A program made the position numbers and the translations under genes. From the NCBI RefSeq assembly GCF_018977255.1, contig NW_024704749.1, positions 4,092,001 to 4,156,000 of the forward strand: a DNA stretch of 64,000 nucleotides. The letters are read 5' to 3'. The notes below the pieces were generated by a model. That model ran no database searches, was not told the DNA's origin, and saw only the letters and a list, made by a program, of their open reading frames with translations. This DNA is from Callorhinchus milii. Its lineage: Eukaryota. This document shows, piece by piece, positions 35,598-47,912 of this stretch. Position 1 is the first letter of the stretch, and each line of letters begins with the position of its first letter.

Positions 35598-38500
35598 TAC
35601 AAATGAAACAACAGGAGCCAATCTCCATATACTACACACAGCTTCCTTTGACAGTCATTCTTTAACAGTCTGCCTGTGCTACCAGAGAGTAGAAGAGGAG
35701 ATCAATACTTTTCCAGAATCACACTTGAGCTAAAGTAGTGAAGATGTTGGAATTGCTCTAGGAAGTTACCTTAACAGAGATCCTGTAAAGCAAAAATAAT
35801 CCATATACTGTAGTAGACCCTACTGTAACTGATCCTCCAAGCTAGTTTCGGGATGTGATGTGCCTGATAAAACAATCTGTTTATAAATAAAGCCAAAATA
35901 TTTGTCCCATATACCAACAGCCAAGGTATTTTGCTGAATACCTCAACACACTCTCTATTGTAACATAGTCCCCTTCTGCCTGGCTGGAGGATTGGGTGGA
36001 ACAAAAGTTCCTTTTTGAGATTTTATGTGGGGCAGAATTTAAGACACCATTTGAGGTAAAAATATATTACTCGCCGCAGGAGATAATGCATTTAATGTTT
36101 ACTAACCAAACCTTAGCCACAGGCTAAAGGCATCATTGTGATAATACTGAGCCATACAGACCAGAAGGCTACAAGTTCCAATCCTCGTCTGCGCTGAGGC
36201 TGTGAACATTGTTAAGGTGAGTTGGAAACGGGAAAGAGGCAAAAAAAAAAGGCAAAGTAGAAACTTCAAGACGACGGAGGTCAAACTGAACGGTGTCCAC
36301 CACCAGATGAGCAACTTATAATTTCTCATTAATTTTACTTGGTCACTCTAGCTAGACTACTGTAAATAGGTCAATTTAATATAACACAGCACTCCTTTAC
36401 TGTACAAGCCCTGCCCCAAATACTCTCCTGAAGCTGCAGCAAGCATTAAAAAAGCCATCTGCCAACTCGCCAATCACTCTAGGATATCTCCACTTGATAT
36501 AGCGCCTTAACACAACGTTGAGACCTCTCAAAGTGCTTCACAGAATATACTGTAAAGTGAACTGACTTTGTATTTGGTGGGGGAAACGCGGCAGCCAATT
36601 GCGCACAACAGTGTCCCACAAACGGTCGTGGATTGAGTCACCAAATTATTATTATTATTCATGATGAACGCGGTTTTACTTTACTCTTTACGCAAGTGTC
36701 CAAATATTCACCTATTCTGGAAGCCAGTAATACAAGAATTTGAAGGGCTCCCGGGCTGTCTGTGAACTGCTCGGGCTTTTCCCATAAAGGAAGTGAGTGC
36801 AGGGACAACAGAAGAAGCTTCTTAGCCATCCGTGTGTTGTGATGAAGTGGAAGGGTCCCAGATCTTTTTCACGAAACAGCTGTGGACAGTCCTTTGGAGT
36901 ATCTCAGCCATAGATTAAATTACGTGCAGTCTGAGCCTGACAGGATCAATTGCAGGAGAACTGGATCTCCTCTGTAGCATACTGGCTGCAGTGGGGGGAG
37001 GCAAAAGAAATAGTCAAATGTAAACTCACAGACAATGTTAGGGTTCTAGACTCTTGTGTGCTTTTCCCTACGTAGGACATAGGAATCTAGACTTATGGCT
37101 CTGTACTCAACCACCTTTGTAAAAAAAAATTATCTTGCTATTTTTTCTCTTCCCTTCCTCATCTTGGCTTCTACTGTGTAAAACACTTCCACTCGAGCTG
37201 CTCACCCTCTGATAACTCGACCGAATGACCATTCATCACGTGTGCCTTGCCAGTGAGGGTTGGTAGAATACTCAACTGCAGGGCATCAAGCCAAGCTCAA
37301 TGCTGTTGCCATGAGTCCATCTCCAGCATTGGCGACTCCTTACAGATCAGGAGCAAGAACCATGACAAGCACGATGAGGCCATTCACTTCACCAGTGTGT
37401 GACTAGTTAACGCAGCACAGATTAGGAGCAAACACTGCATCTTCACAGTCTGTATGGATTTTCTACCACTGGGTAAGGTTACTGAGCCGTTGGGGGAATT
37501 TCGTCAGCTTTTTTGGGAGAGGGTGAAAGGAGGGAATTTTGCTCACAAAACAGTAATCCACATTACAGTATATCCTGTGAAACGCTTTGAGACGTCTCGA
37601 TGACATGATAAGGTGCTATATCAAATGCAAGGATTATTATTCAAGGAGAACAAGGCACATCAAGGACCAGCGAGCATTAAAGCCTGACTACATTTATATT
37701 ATCTGTATTGTTCAATCATTCACTAAGTTATGAAGGAAACAACAAATTTGGATATATATAACAGTTTAAAATGACTTTCACAATTTCCTTTATTGAGATA
37801 GGATTTACAAAAACAAGTTGGGCTGCAAGAGATAATGCGGTTGTGGAGGTTAGACAGTGAATTAGATCAGAGTGACTGAGGTTTTCACAGATCCATTAGA
37901 AAGATGGCAGCCCAGAGGAAAACAATACAATATATTTATAATCTGGATACCTCTGAAAAGTAGGTCAGCGTCTTTATGTGATGCAATAAAAAAGTTTGCA
38001 AGAAATTCATCCCGACCTTTACACTCCATATTTCCTTTCAATTTCTTCACTTTGCCTCTAATCTTACAATACTTCAGCTTCCTATTAAACCATCGAGGTT
38101 TAGCGTTTAAAGCCTGACAGACAATTGAAGTGAACTGACAGGAAATCAGGGAGCTGACAACCTCAAGGCTCTCGATCACAAAATGATTTGCTCCATTTTG
38201 AGGAAGGAATGTTTGAAGTGTTGATAGGAAAGCTAGTTGCATCAATGTAGTCTAAATGCAGGAGGAAATAATAATACTTGTATTTGATATATCACCTTAT
38301 CACATCATTGAGACGTCTCAAAGCACTTCATGGAATCTGAAGTGAATTAACTAGATTTTGTGAGTGAAACGCGGCAGCCAATTGCGCACAGCAGTATCCC
38401 ACAAACAGTCGTGGAAATCAAATCAGTTCTGTACTCAAAAATGGTCTCTGCAACTTCTTGAGCAGTTAATCGGACCACTTTTAACTAGAGTGGGTCTTTG

Positions 38501-39385
38501 CTAACTTTAAAAAAGAACTGGCATTTGCCTCTGATTAGCAGAGGTGTTTGTATATACTTGGTCAGAATTCATGCTGGTGGATAATTGAGATTCCACAGTG
38601 ATACCAAATTTCTTTAACTTACAGGATCAATTACAATTACCCTGGCTGATAGCACAGACTATGGATCACATCGGAGACCACAGAACACTCTTGATCACTC
38701 TCGCTATTTTAAAATTTGGATCACACGACATTCCCCAAGAACCCACATCATTCAAACTAATATAGACTTATTTTCACAGTTGAGATGATCTGAAACGTGA
38801 AATCATCCATTATCCTTTCTTCCAAGGAGTACAACCCTCTGTACATTTAACAAACAGTATCCACATGTGGTTTCACTAATGGGTGATGGAGAGCAAGTAA
38901 CATTTCCTTGGAGTTGTACTCTTGACATCTACCCTGAAGACATCATCCTAGAAAATGTTTCCCCAACATAGCGACGATATTTTTACATTAACTACTGCAA
39001 AACACTATTTTGAAAAATATTTTTCCTTTCCTAATTATCTTGCAATAGCTACTTTCATCACAAATATATTTGCATAGGTACAGATCAGCCATGATCCTAC
39101 AGAATGGCAGAACAGGCTCGAGGGGCTGAATGGCCTACTCCTGTTTTTGTTTCCATGATGTTAAGAGACCAATCATACAATATGTTTCGTCGACCAAAGT
39201 TCCACTTACCGAAACACTAGTTTCTTTTAACCTCGAGTAAATTAAAAGCAAAAGACTGTACATCATTCACTGCGGAGGCAACACTGTTCAGATTTTGCGA
39301 AAGGTTCAATGTTTCAAAACTTGATACCCATGACCCCACCCGACAAGCCGCGGGAATTGTGCAAGACAAGAGAGAATGAACTAAC

Positions 39386-39558
39386 CTCGTGAGAGCGGAA
39401 TTTTGTATCGTCGAGCTTCCGCACCGCGTAGTCCATGTCCTCCTTGCGGAGGAACTCCACCACTCCCGTACCGTCTCCCAAAACATCTGCGTAGCAAACG
39501 TCGCCAGCTTCTCGCATGTGATCTTTCAAATCTTGCCAGCTGCCGGAGGAAGGTAGCC
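39386..39558 (-). CDS. SRSF9: SRSF9 coding exon 3 (pseudo-RRM)
   Basis: [36 protein letters not shown] with the SWQDLKD signature; donor GTTAGT. Confidence 0.96.
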
Positions 39559-39770
39559 CTACGCAGCAAAACAACACAGCAAAATGAGATGTGACAGTAT
39601 TTCTACGCAAATGTAGAAATAATCACATTCTCACCCTTTGAGTCAATAATATTTCACTTGAAATTATATTATGCTCGTTTTCAGAAGAGGATGTGTGTAC
39701 CCAGTCCAAATGAAGCGTCTGCCTCAACTGATGACAATTTCCACTGTTGAACCATTTCTATCCATTCCCA

Positions 39771-40088
39771 TAATAATTATGATCCTTGCATTCGATATAG
39801 CGTCTTCTCATGTTGTTGAGATGTCTCAAAGAGCTGCACAGAATATATCAAAAGAGAATTGACTGTGTAATTTGTGGGCAAAATGGGGCAGCTAATTGCC
39901 ACAACAATGTCCCACAAACAGTCATGGATTGAGTGATTTATTTTTGGAAGGATTATTAGCCCCAGAAAACGATCCACTAATTGACTAACAACCAGATTCC
40001 TACCTACTGTTTTCACCCCACTTGGGAATCAAACCCAGGTATTCTCGCTCGCAAAGCGAACACCCTAACCACTACACTACAGGACTCC
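39771..40088 (-). mobile_element. tRNA-derived SINE
   Basis: Head GGAGTCCTGTAGTGTAGTGGTTAG and tail on the reverse strand. Confidence 0.85.
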
Positions 40089-42076
40089 ACGAAAATGTCT
40101 TGAGTTATTTTCCCTTAAATTAAATCAGCCCAATTCGCCTTGTATATTATAACATGGAGTACACAAGTGAGTTCACTGCTGAGTGAACATTTTGAATGAA
40201 ACACCTGCATTGGGTGATTCTCAGTAATGTGCATTCCCTATCTGGTTGAGTCAGCTCTTGTTCCTACTTTCCATTATGAACAAGGCAAGAGAAAATAATT
40301 TGTGAACAGAAAAATAAGAAAATTAACAGGATCAGGTATGAAGAAAAATCTCAATACAGATTAGAAAGCTAAGAGAACCAATTAAAATCTGAAGAAATCA
40401 GGATTGAAAATTGACTGGAATAGCACCGTATACTTTATATATTCTGTAACTCCATGCTTAAGTGCTCTGAGACACTACCCTGCGTGGAGGGCGCAATGTA
40501 AGTGCAAGTTGTTGTTGTTGTAATGCTTCCATAGATTCTTAAATCTGATTTTTCTTTGTTCCAAGTGGCTAAATGTATTCTCTATGTAGAATAACTTGGC
40601 GTATTCAAGGAGTATTGTGTGTTAATGTGCTGATCCTTATTCTGCTGCAGAAATACAGGTCTGATAACAGTTCACTGAATGGATATGAGCAATATTTGAT
40701 GGTTTGTCCCTCTTCACCCCACCCCCCTTCACAGGACAGTATAATTCTGATTTTCACAGGGTTTCAAAGACCAGTCTATTTCAATTAGTTAAAGACCTTT
40801 TTTCTTCTCAGCTCTTGGTTAGCATAAAAGTCAATATCAGAAATGAGCAAGATAAAACCATTAATTACTGTAGTATCTTAACATTTTAAAGCCTCTACCA
40901 CCTTCCCGTCCATGGTATAACCAACACCTGGGGTTTCATATGCATTGGGCAAGTCAACTGCTCATTTCTCAAATTCTATAAAGCAACGATACTAATTCAA
41001 AGGATAAACTAACTTTTCCTTTCTGCTAGGACCAATCTCCAATATCCTCAGCACTTGTGTGACTCATAGGATGTAATATCTCATCCAGGCTAAGACTGCA
41101 ATTGCTCTCTGCACTTGTAGATTTTCAAACTTCATAAACCAGTAGACTTCGCCTCAACTTATATGCAAACTCTTTTTTTTAAAAAAAATTCTACCTTCAG
41201 CTGCCAAGTTTTATGTGATGCAGAACGTTGGCAGGGTTAGCACGACACTGATATGACCCAGCACCAAGTCACAAGCTGTTTTTTTTCTATTTTTTATACA
41301 GTGTACAATTGTATTGAAATATTAAGGCAGTAAAAGTCATGACATACAAGAGGATGGATATGGAATGGGAAAGAAAGGTGGAACTGGTTCATTCTATAAG
41401 TGAAGATGACATTGACTCCCCTGAGAGATGGACCTACAGTTTAGGATGAATACAAGCTACTAAGCCGATGTCCTTCTTTATAAATGGGCAAGTTGAGGAA
41501 AAATTGGTGAAGGTTAAGCAAAAGCAATATCAATTGCTTTCAAGGTTTCTCTTTGGTCAATTGGGTGTTTGACACGTGCGGAAACCCATCATCATGTTTA
41601 ACAGTATCCAATCCAGAAAGAATGTGAGTCTGATCCATTTGCTTCAACAGTTGCAGGTCTTGAGGACACGTTTCAATTAATGCTGCGTCTCAGAACAGAT
41701 TGATTCATTTCATTAATCTATCTCTGGAATCTCCACATGTAGGTTGGATGCATGGGAATTCTCAGTTTGGTTTGGATACTCTTACGAATTCTGGAGGGAT
41801 TATTACCCCTGGAAAGCAATCTGCCAATCGACTAATATCCAGCTTCCTACTTACTGCTAGGTAAACAGAGGCATGTGGAGTAAGGAAATTTGCCTAAGGT
41901 TTCGCACTGCCAGGGATCGTATCCAGGACCCCGAGCTTGCGAGTAGTGCACAGTAACCAGTACGCTGCAGGACTCCTACGGGAAATTTATTATTTCTTAA
42001 ATGTGTGAAGTTACAGAATACATTTACCCACTGGGACCAAAGAAAAAAACGCCATTAAACATGGAATAAAACTCAC

Positions 42077-42237
42077 CGGAGACGATAACTCTGAATTCTG
42101 ATCTTCGTGCAGGAGGTCCTGGCCTTCCTCTGGATCCACCAATTCCTCCCCCGCCTCTCCCTCTCTGGAACTCCACCCGCAAACGATAGACTCCATAGTC
42201 ATATCCGTTCCTCCCATACACCGCATCCTGGGCATCC
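42077..42237 (-). CDS. SRSF9: SRSF9 coding exon 2
   Basis: [37 protein letters not shown]; GRNGYDYG and SEFRV are SRSF9-like; donor GTGAGT. Confidence 0.96.
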
Positions 42238-42376
42238 CTGCCAAAGAGAGGGAAGAAGTTAGAATTATGCAGTTCAAAACTATCCATGATTTCCCACTAT
42301 TTGAGGAATTTCTTCCTTACCTGTAACACAATGACTGATGTAGTTTACTCTGTTACTAACATGAATTCTTTTTATT

Positions 42377-42687
42377 ATAATAATCCTTGCATTTGATATA
42401 GCGCTTTTCACGTCTTCTCGACATCTCAAAGCGCTTCACAGAATAGACTGTAAAGTGAATTAACCGTATATTTGTGGGCGAAACGCGGCAGCCAATTGCG
42501 CACAGCAATGTCCCACAAACAGTCGTGGATTGAAAATGACCAATTTATTATTGTTTTTGTTTTGGAGGGATTATTATTAGGTGTGTGGAGTAAGGAAACT
42601 TGCCCAAGGTTTCGCCCTCTGCCTGGAATTGAACCCAGGTGGCTCGCTTGCAAGGCACGTGCTCTAACCACTGAGCTGCAGGACTCC
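42377..42687 (-). mobile_element. Young full-length tRNA-derived SINE (short form)
   Basis: Closely matches the 22645-22852 and 32353-32560 copies. Confidence 0.9.
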
Positions 42688-45600
42688 ACAATATTATGAA
42701 TACCAATATTAATAATATAATAATAATGCTTCACACACAAAATACACAGTCAATACACTTTACAATACATTTTGTGATGCCATTTGAGACGTCTCAACAA
42801 TGTAATAAGGCTTAATATCAAATGCAAGGAATACTTTTATTATTATACAATTCTAAAGTCAATCTGCTTGTGAGATATTTTATAGGAGCAAACTCACATC
42901 AGGAAGACATGCAGTACAGAATACAACAATAGGATTGTGAAGATTACAGCTGCAACACACAACAGCATGCACATTAGTAAATTATGCAACAGACTGGAAG
43001 AAGTATTGATAGACTTAGCAGAACTGGGCTGACTCGTCTGGTAGGCACCATCACAGTATGAGAGAAATTTGGCCAATGACTCTAGCACATGATTTTCTAT
43101 TTCTTAAGAGCTGTTCCATTAGGATCCCCGTTCAAATTGTTACCAGCATCACTAAAAGAAAAAAAACTATCATCTCAGGGTTGGAAGATTGGGTTCAAGC
43201 CCCAGGTCAGAACTTTGAGGTCTTACTGTAGGCAAACACACCGACATAGCACTGGGTACATCCTCCCGACGTGAAAGGCGCTCTATAAATGGAATCTTGT
43301 TGTTGTTGTTGCATTCTCAAAGACATCTTCCTTCAGATGAGATGTTAAACAAGAGGTCCTAGCCTCCTGTTCAGGTGAACAATAAGATCTCATGGTATTC
43401 TTTGAAAAGTGATGGGTGTTTCTCCCAGTGTAATGGCCAGCTGCCTGGCAAATGAAATTGGTTATTCACTTCATGGCTGTTTGTGGAACTTTGATATGTG
43501 CCTACAGACACTTTACAGAAACTGTACTTTACAGAAACTTTGTGAACCGCATTGAGACCTCCTTTCTGAGTGCTATATCAATTGCAAAGATCAATTATTG
43601 TTTAAAAAAAGAAGATAATTGCATTATACCCTTCCAAAATATTTATTATGGAGCTTGAAACGCTGTCTGTTCAGATGAACAGTTGCCTCATTTATTGAAC
43701 ATATTCAGTTGTAGAATCTGACAGAATGCTCCTTGCAACTACTGTAGTTATGTTGTAACTCCCAGTACATCCAGAATTATTTTTAAAGGCTGGTGGATCG
43801 GCGTTCTGTTTGCATTACATCCTACTGGGGGGTTGCTGAACCGGCTCCAAGGTGACATGTTTGGCAAAGGAACGTCATAAATCGAGCCCACCCTCTGTTT
43901 TGGACTCGATGATCCAGTTCCTGGGCCAGGCACAACCGCAACCAGGTTGGCTCACCGGCAGGAATTTGGAGGACAAACCAGTCATTCCCTCTGCAAGCTA
44001 AATTCGAACGGGTAGGGTGGTTCTAGCAGGACAAGCACCGGGAAAACTTGCCAGGTAGTGCTCTCAAAGGCAAGTTATACGGTTTCAGCTGGTCAGACTC
44101 CAGCAGTACCCAAACACATACATTGGGGTCCCCAATCCCTGACTCTTGCCAACTTGCGCAAGAGTCAACCTAATACTTCAGGGAGACAGTGCACATTCCA
44201 TTGCAATAAACATCTCTCGACTTTCCATATGGAGGTGGAATGCGTGGAATTCTCAGTTTGGTTTGGATATTTTTAAGCATGGTGATGAGTTTCTGTATGT
44301 GTCAGACACCCGGCTGACAAAAAAAAACAGAACAGTGTAACAAGAGGGAAGCACTCCTCCCAACTGACGTGGGGAAACCCAAGTGCTGTCAGTTCTTGTC
44401 TCCCCATGACTGATGGATGTTTTGTTATAGTTTCAATATTTGCTGTATCAATGACCTACAAGCTCCATGACACAGTGTTTTGGGGTCTGCACTTGCAATT
44501 GTAATGTTTCAAGATGGCCAACAGTTGTGGAAAATGTAACAGCAACCTCACATCATCATATGATACAGTAAAATACTATATCACTAATTTTTTGGGGGTG
44601 TTAAAATTATTTTGTTACCAAGACAACGTTAACAATGAAGGACTCAGCTTTTGTCTCCAAAATGTGTCACTTTCACTGCTTTAAGCTACATCACTCTCTG
44701 ACAAGAGAAGGTAAATATTGTAGACAATTCGGTTGAATGCTTCCACCAAGGTCAATCGTAATCAAAATACCAGAAGGGGTAAAACCGGAGTTCGGACTGT
44801 GATGCCCTCCACCTCTCAAAAATCAATCACGCGAGGAAACATGTACTCACATTCACTGTAAAAACTTATTTTACTTCTGTTTGCAGATTTTCCAATTTAG
44901 TCCTCATCCAAAGTGTGTCAATGCTTTAAAATGAACGTTTATGACTGAAGGGAAGTTCAGTGGCATTCATACTTTACGTGTTATGTGTGACCTTGTTGCT
45001 GCGACTTTAAGCCCTCCAGGACGCTACCCAGAGTATAGCGTCAGAAAGGCTGGAGGCCCATCCGCCGATGGTGGAGTTGGTAATGTTTTAGATGATTACA
45101 GAGATAGGGAGAAGCAAGATAAGTTTTTTGGGGAGTGTCAGCAGCCGGGTGTGTGACACGCGCGGAAACCCATCACCATGCTTGAGTATCCAAACAAAAC
45201 CGAAAATCCCACCCACCCAACCTACACACAGAAATTCCAGCTATATTTTTGTAATGGTATGTGCACTCTCTCCCTGGAGGGACATATCCTGCTTACCTAA
45301 TTCCAAAAAGCAAAGGTTGGCAAGAGCCAAGACTTGTAGTGAAAACATGCCAATTCCGTTTTAAGAAGGGAGCATAGAGGATGGGAATCCTCTCCCCCAA
45401 AGGGGGAAGAGGTCTTGCTTTGCTAGATCAGTGACCCAATAACTCATCCTTTCTCAACTTCATCAACTGAATCAGTAGAGAAGATTCTGCGCACTAATTT
45501 TTCAGTTTAACTCCACTAAATATACAACTAATGCAACTTAAAATTTAAAACACAATATAGCAAAATATTCTGGCAATTACACTGCTGGCCTCAGCAGGGC

Positions 45601-46664
45601 CAAGTTGGGAATTCAACGTGGTGAGGGTGATAAAGAGATCAGCCGGGGGTTTTCATCCCTGATCTCACGCCATCATAAGGGGGGTGGGGAGGGATTTCCT
45701 CCACCCCCCTTTTCAGTTCAACTGGCAAACTGTAACACAATAAACAATGCAGAATGATCAATTTCATAGCAGTGGTGCCCAACCATAACCTGAGAAAGGG
45801 GGCGGTAAATGAGGAGGAGGAGGAAGAGCAAGGCGGGTGAGATAGAAAAGAAAATGGGGGGGGGGGGGAGAAGGTGGACGGAGGAAGGGAAACGATAGTG
45901 GAGGAAGAGAGAAAGGGGAGCGGACGGGGCAGGGAGAGAAGGGGGGGCAAAGAGGGGGAAACAAGCAGGGGCAGAGAAGAAAATGGCAGCTGGGGGAAGA
46001 GAAAAGAAAATGGCCATGGGGGAGAGAAGAGGGAGTCGGGTATGGGGGTGGTGGTACAGAGGAGGGAGATGTGGACGAATGAGGAGATGGGGACGCAAGA
46101 ACTAAGGGGGGACGACGACTGTGAACGGGGGGCGTATGGGAGAGAAAGATGGGGAACCACGGGCGGGGAGGAGACTGGGAACCAAGGAGAGGTGTGGGGG
46201 GAGATGAAGTGACTGGGAGCCAAGGTTGGGGGAGAGGGTGAGGTGAAGTGACTGGGAACCAAAGTGGGGGGGTGGGAGAAGAAAGTGGGAACCAAGGGGG
46301 CGGGAGGAGAGAGAGACTGGGAACCATGAGAAGGTGGGGGTTGGGGGGGGGGGGAGAGAGACTGGTAACCAGTTGTGGGGGGGAGGGAGGGAGAAGAGAG
46401 ACTGGGAACTGAGTGGGAGGGGGAAGGAGCACGGCAGGACTGGGAATGAAGTCGGGATTCCAGAGCCGCCCCACCGGCTCTCTTCAAAGCGGCTTTTGCT
46501 CGTGATCCGATTACTGACTGAGAGAGAAGAGAGAAGAGAGAAGAGAGAGAGAGAGAGAGCGCTGGGAAAGCCGGACCGGACCGGGCCTTGCCGTGTGCTG
46601 GACTCGGGACAAGCCTGGGAGCACAGTAACCCCCCCCCCCCCCCCCCCCCCCCGGGCTGCTCAC

Positions 46665-46894
46665 CTCGGGTCCTCAAACTCCACGAAGGCGAAGGGCGCG
46701 ATGCCGCGGTTGTTCTTCAGGTCGATGTCCCTGATCTTGCCGTACTTGTAGAAGATGTCCTCGATGTCGCGGATCCGCACGTCGGTCGGCAAGTTGCCCA
46801 CGTAAATGCGACTCTCGCCGCTGCCGCCGCCGCCGCCTCCGCCGCCCCCGCCGCCGCCGCCGCTGGAGCCTCCCCACCGGTAGTTTCCCGACAT
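46665..46894 (-). CDS. SRSF9: Serine/arginine-rich splicing factor 9, first coding exon (RRM1)
   Basis: [11 protein letters not shown](G)13[26 protein letters not shown]; donor GTGAGC phase 2; four coding exons = 237 aa; lies between GATC and DYNLL1 as SRSF9 does. Confidence 0.94.
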
Positions 46895-46934
46895 CTTCTT
46901 CCCTTCCTTCCCGCCCGTCAGAGAGAGAGACCTG

Positions 46935-47210
46935 CAAACAAAGGGGGTACGAAAAAAAAATAAACCTCGGCGCCCGATTCCCCCTGAGGCCTGGTCCGGC
47001 CCGCGGACCTCCCGTACCTCAGGTAAGGGGAGAGTAGAGCAGCCCCCGCCGGGCCCCGGCCACTCGCTGCCTGACTGACTGACTTACCCCGCGCCTCCCG
47101 GCCGCTCGCGCTGACAGGCCCCGCGTCTCCGAGCAGCAGCTTCCCGCCGCCCGCCCGGGGCATTGTGGGAAAGGCGCCGCCTTAACCCTCTCGGCGCCAC
47201 GTCCCTCACA
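46935..47210 (-). promoter_or_regulatory. SRSF9 CpG island with a probable non-coding first exon ending at 47088
   Basis: CpG-dense; donor GGG|GTAAGT at 47087; acceptor TTTGTTTGCAG before 46931. Confidence 0.6.
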
Positions 47211-47732
47211 CCTCATTCACCAGAACTGACCCCCCCCCCACACACACAAACAACACACACACCACCCCCACACCCCAACTGGCCCTACCTACCACTGTCA
47301 GTGGCAATCATCACTACCAACTGACCCCCCCCCCCCCACACACACACACACACACACTCCCCCTCCCCATCAATAGCAAGCGGTCGTCATCGTAACAATC
47401 CTTTGCGTTTGATACCAGTCTCGAGACCCCTCCTCATCGACCGCGCTGTGGGTCACCCTCCCACTCTACCCTCCACGTTCCCAACCACCAGCTCGGGTGC
47501 GGGTCCCCAACTGTCCAGCCCATTGGGACGTCCTCCTGGCGCGAAAGCCACGCCGCAAGTGCATTTTGTTGTCGTCGTCGATGCAGCGTCTTATCGCGTC
47601 ACTGAGACGTCTCAAAGCGCTTCACAGGATATTACTGTAAAGTGGCTTGGACTGGTGTGTGTTTTCTGGGCGAAACGCGGCAGCCAGTTCTACACACAGC
47701 AACGTCCCACAAACAGCCGTCAAGTCAATGAC

Positions 47733-47912
47733 AACACAACAACAACAAGATTCCATTTATAAAGCGCCTTTCACGTCAGGAGGACGTCCCAAAGCGCTGC
47801 ACAGTTGGGTCATGACCCGAGCAGGGGGGAAATGGTCAGGGTGAGGGGAGGGAAGGGAGGGAGCGAGGAGGGGGAAGAGAGTCGAGAGGGGAGCTGAAGG
47901 CACGGTCAAAGA
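47733..47912 (-). mobile_element. Young L2 3' fragment inserted into a Deu-type SINE
   Basis: Near-identical to 21766-22033 without the triplication; CAATGAC duplicated at 47726-47732 and 47951-47957. Confidence 0.9.

Noticed and set aside
36986-37029. Mini-intron from GTGAGT at 37029 to the acceptor at 36986
   Set aside because: 44 nt is too short for a typical vertebrate intron
33997-46894. SRSF1 identity
   Set aside because: Neighbours COX6A1, TRIAP1 and GATC, diagnostic residues and the short RS domain favour SRSF9
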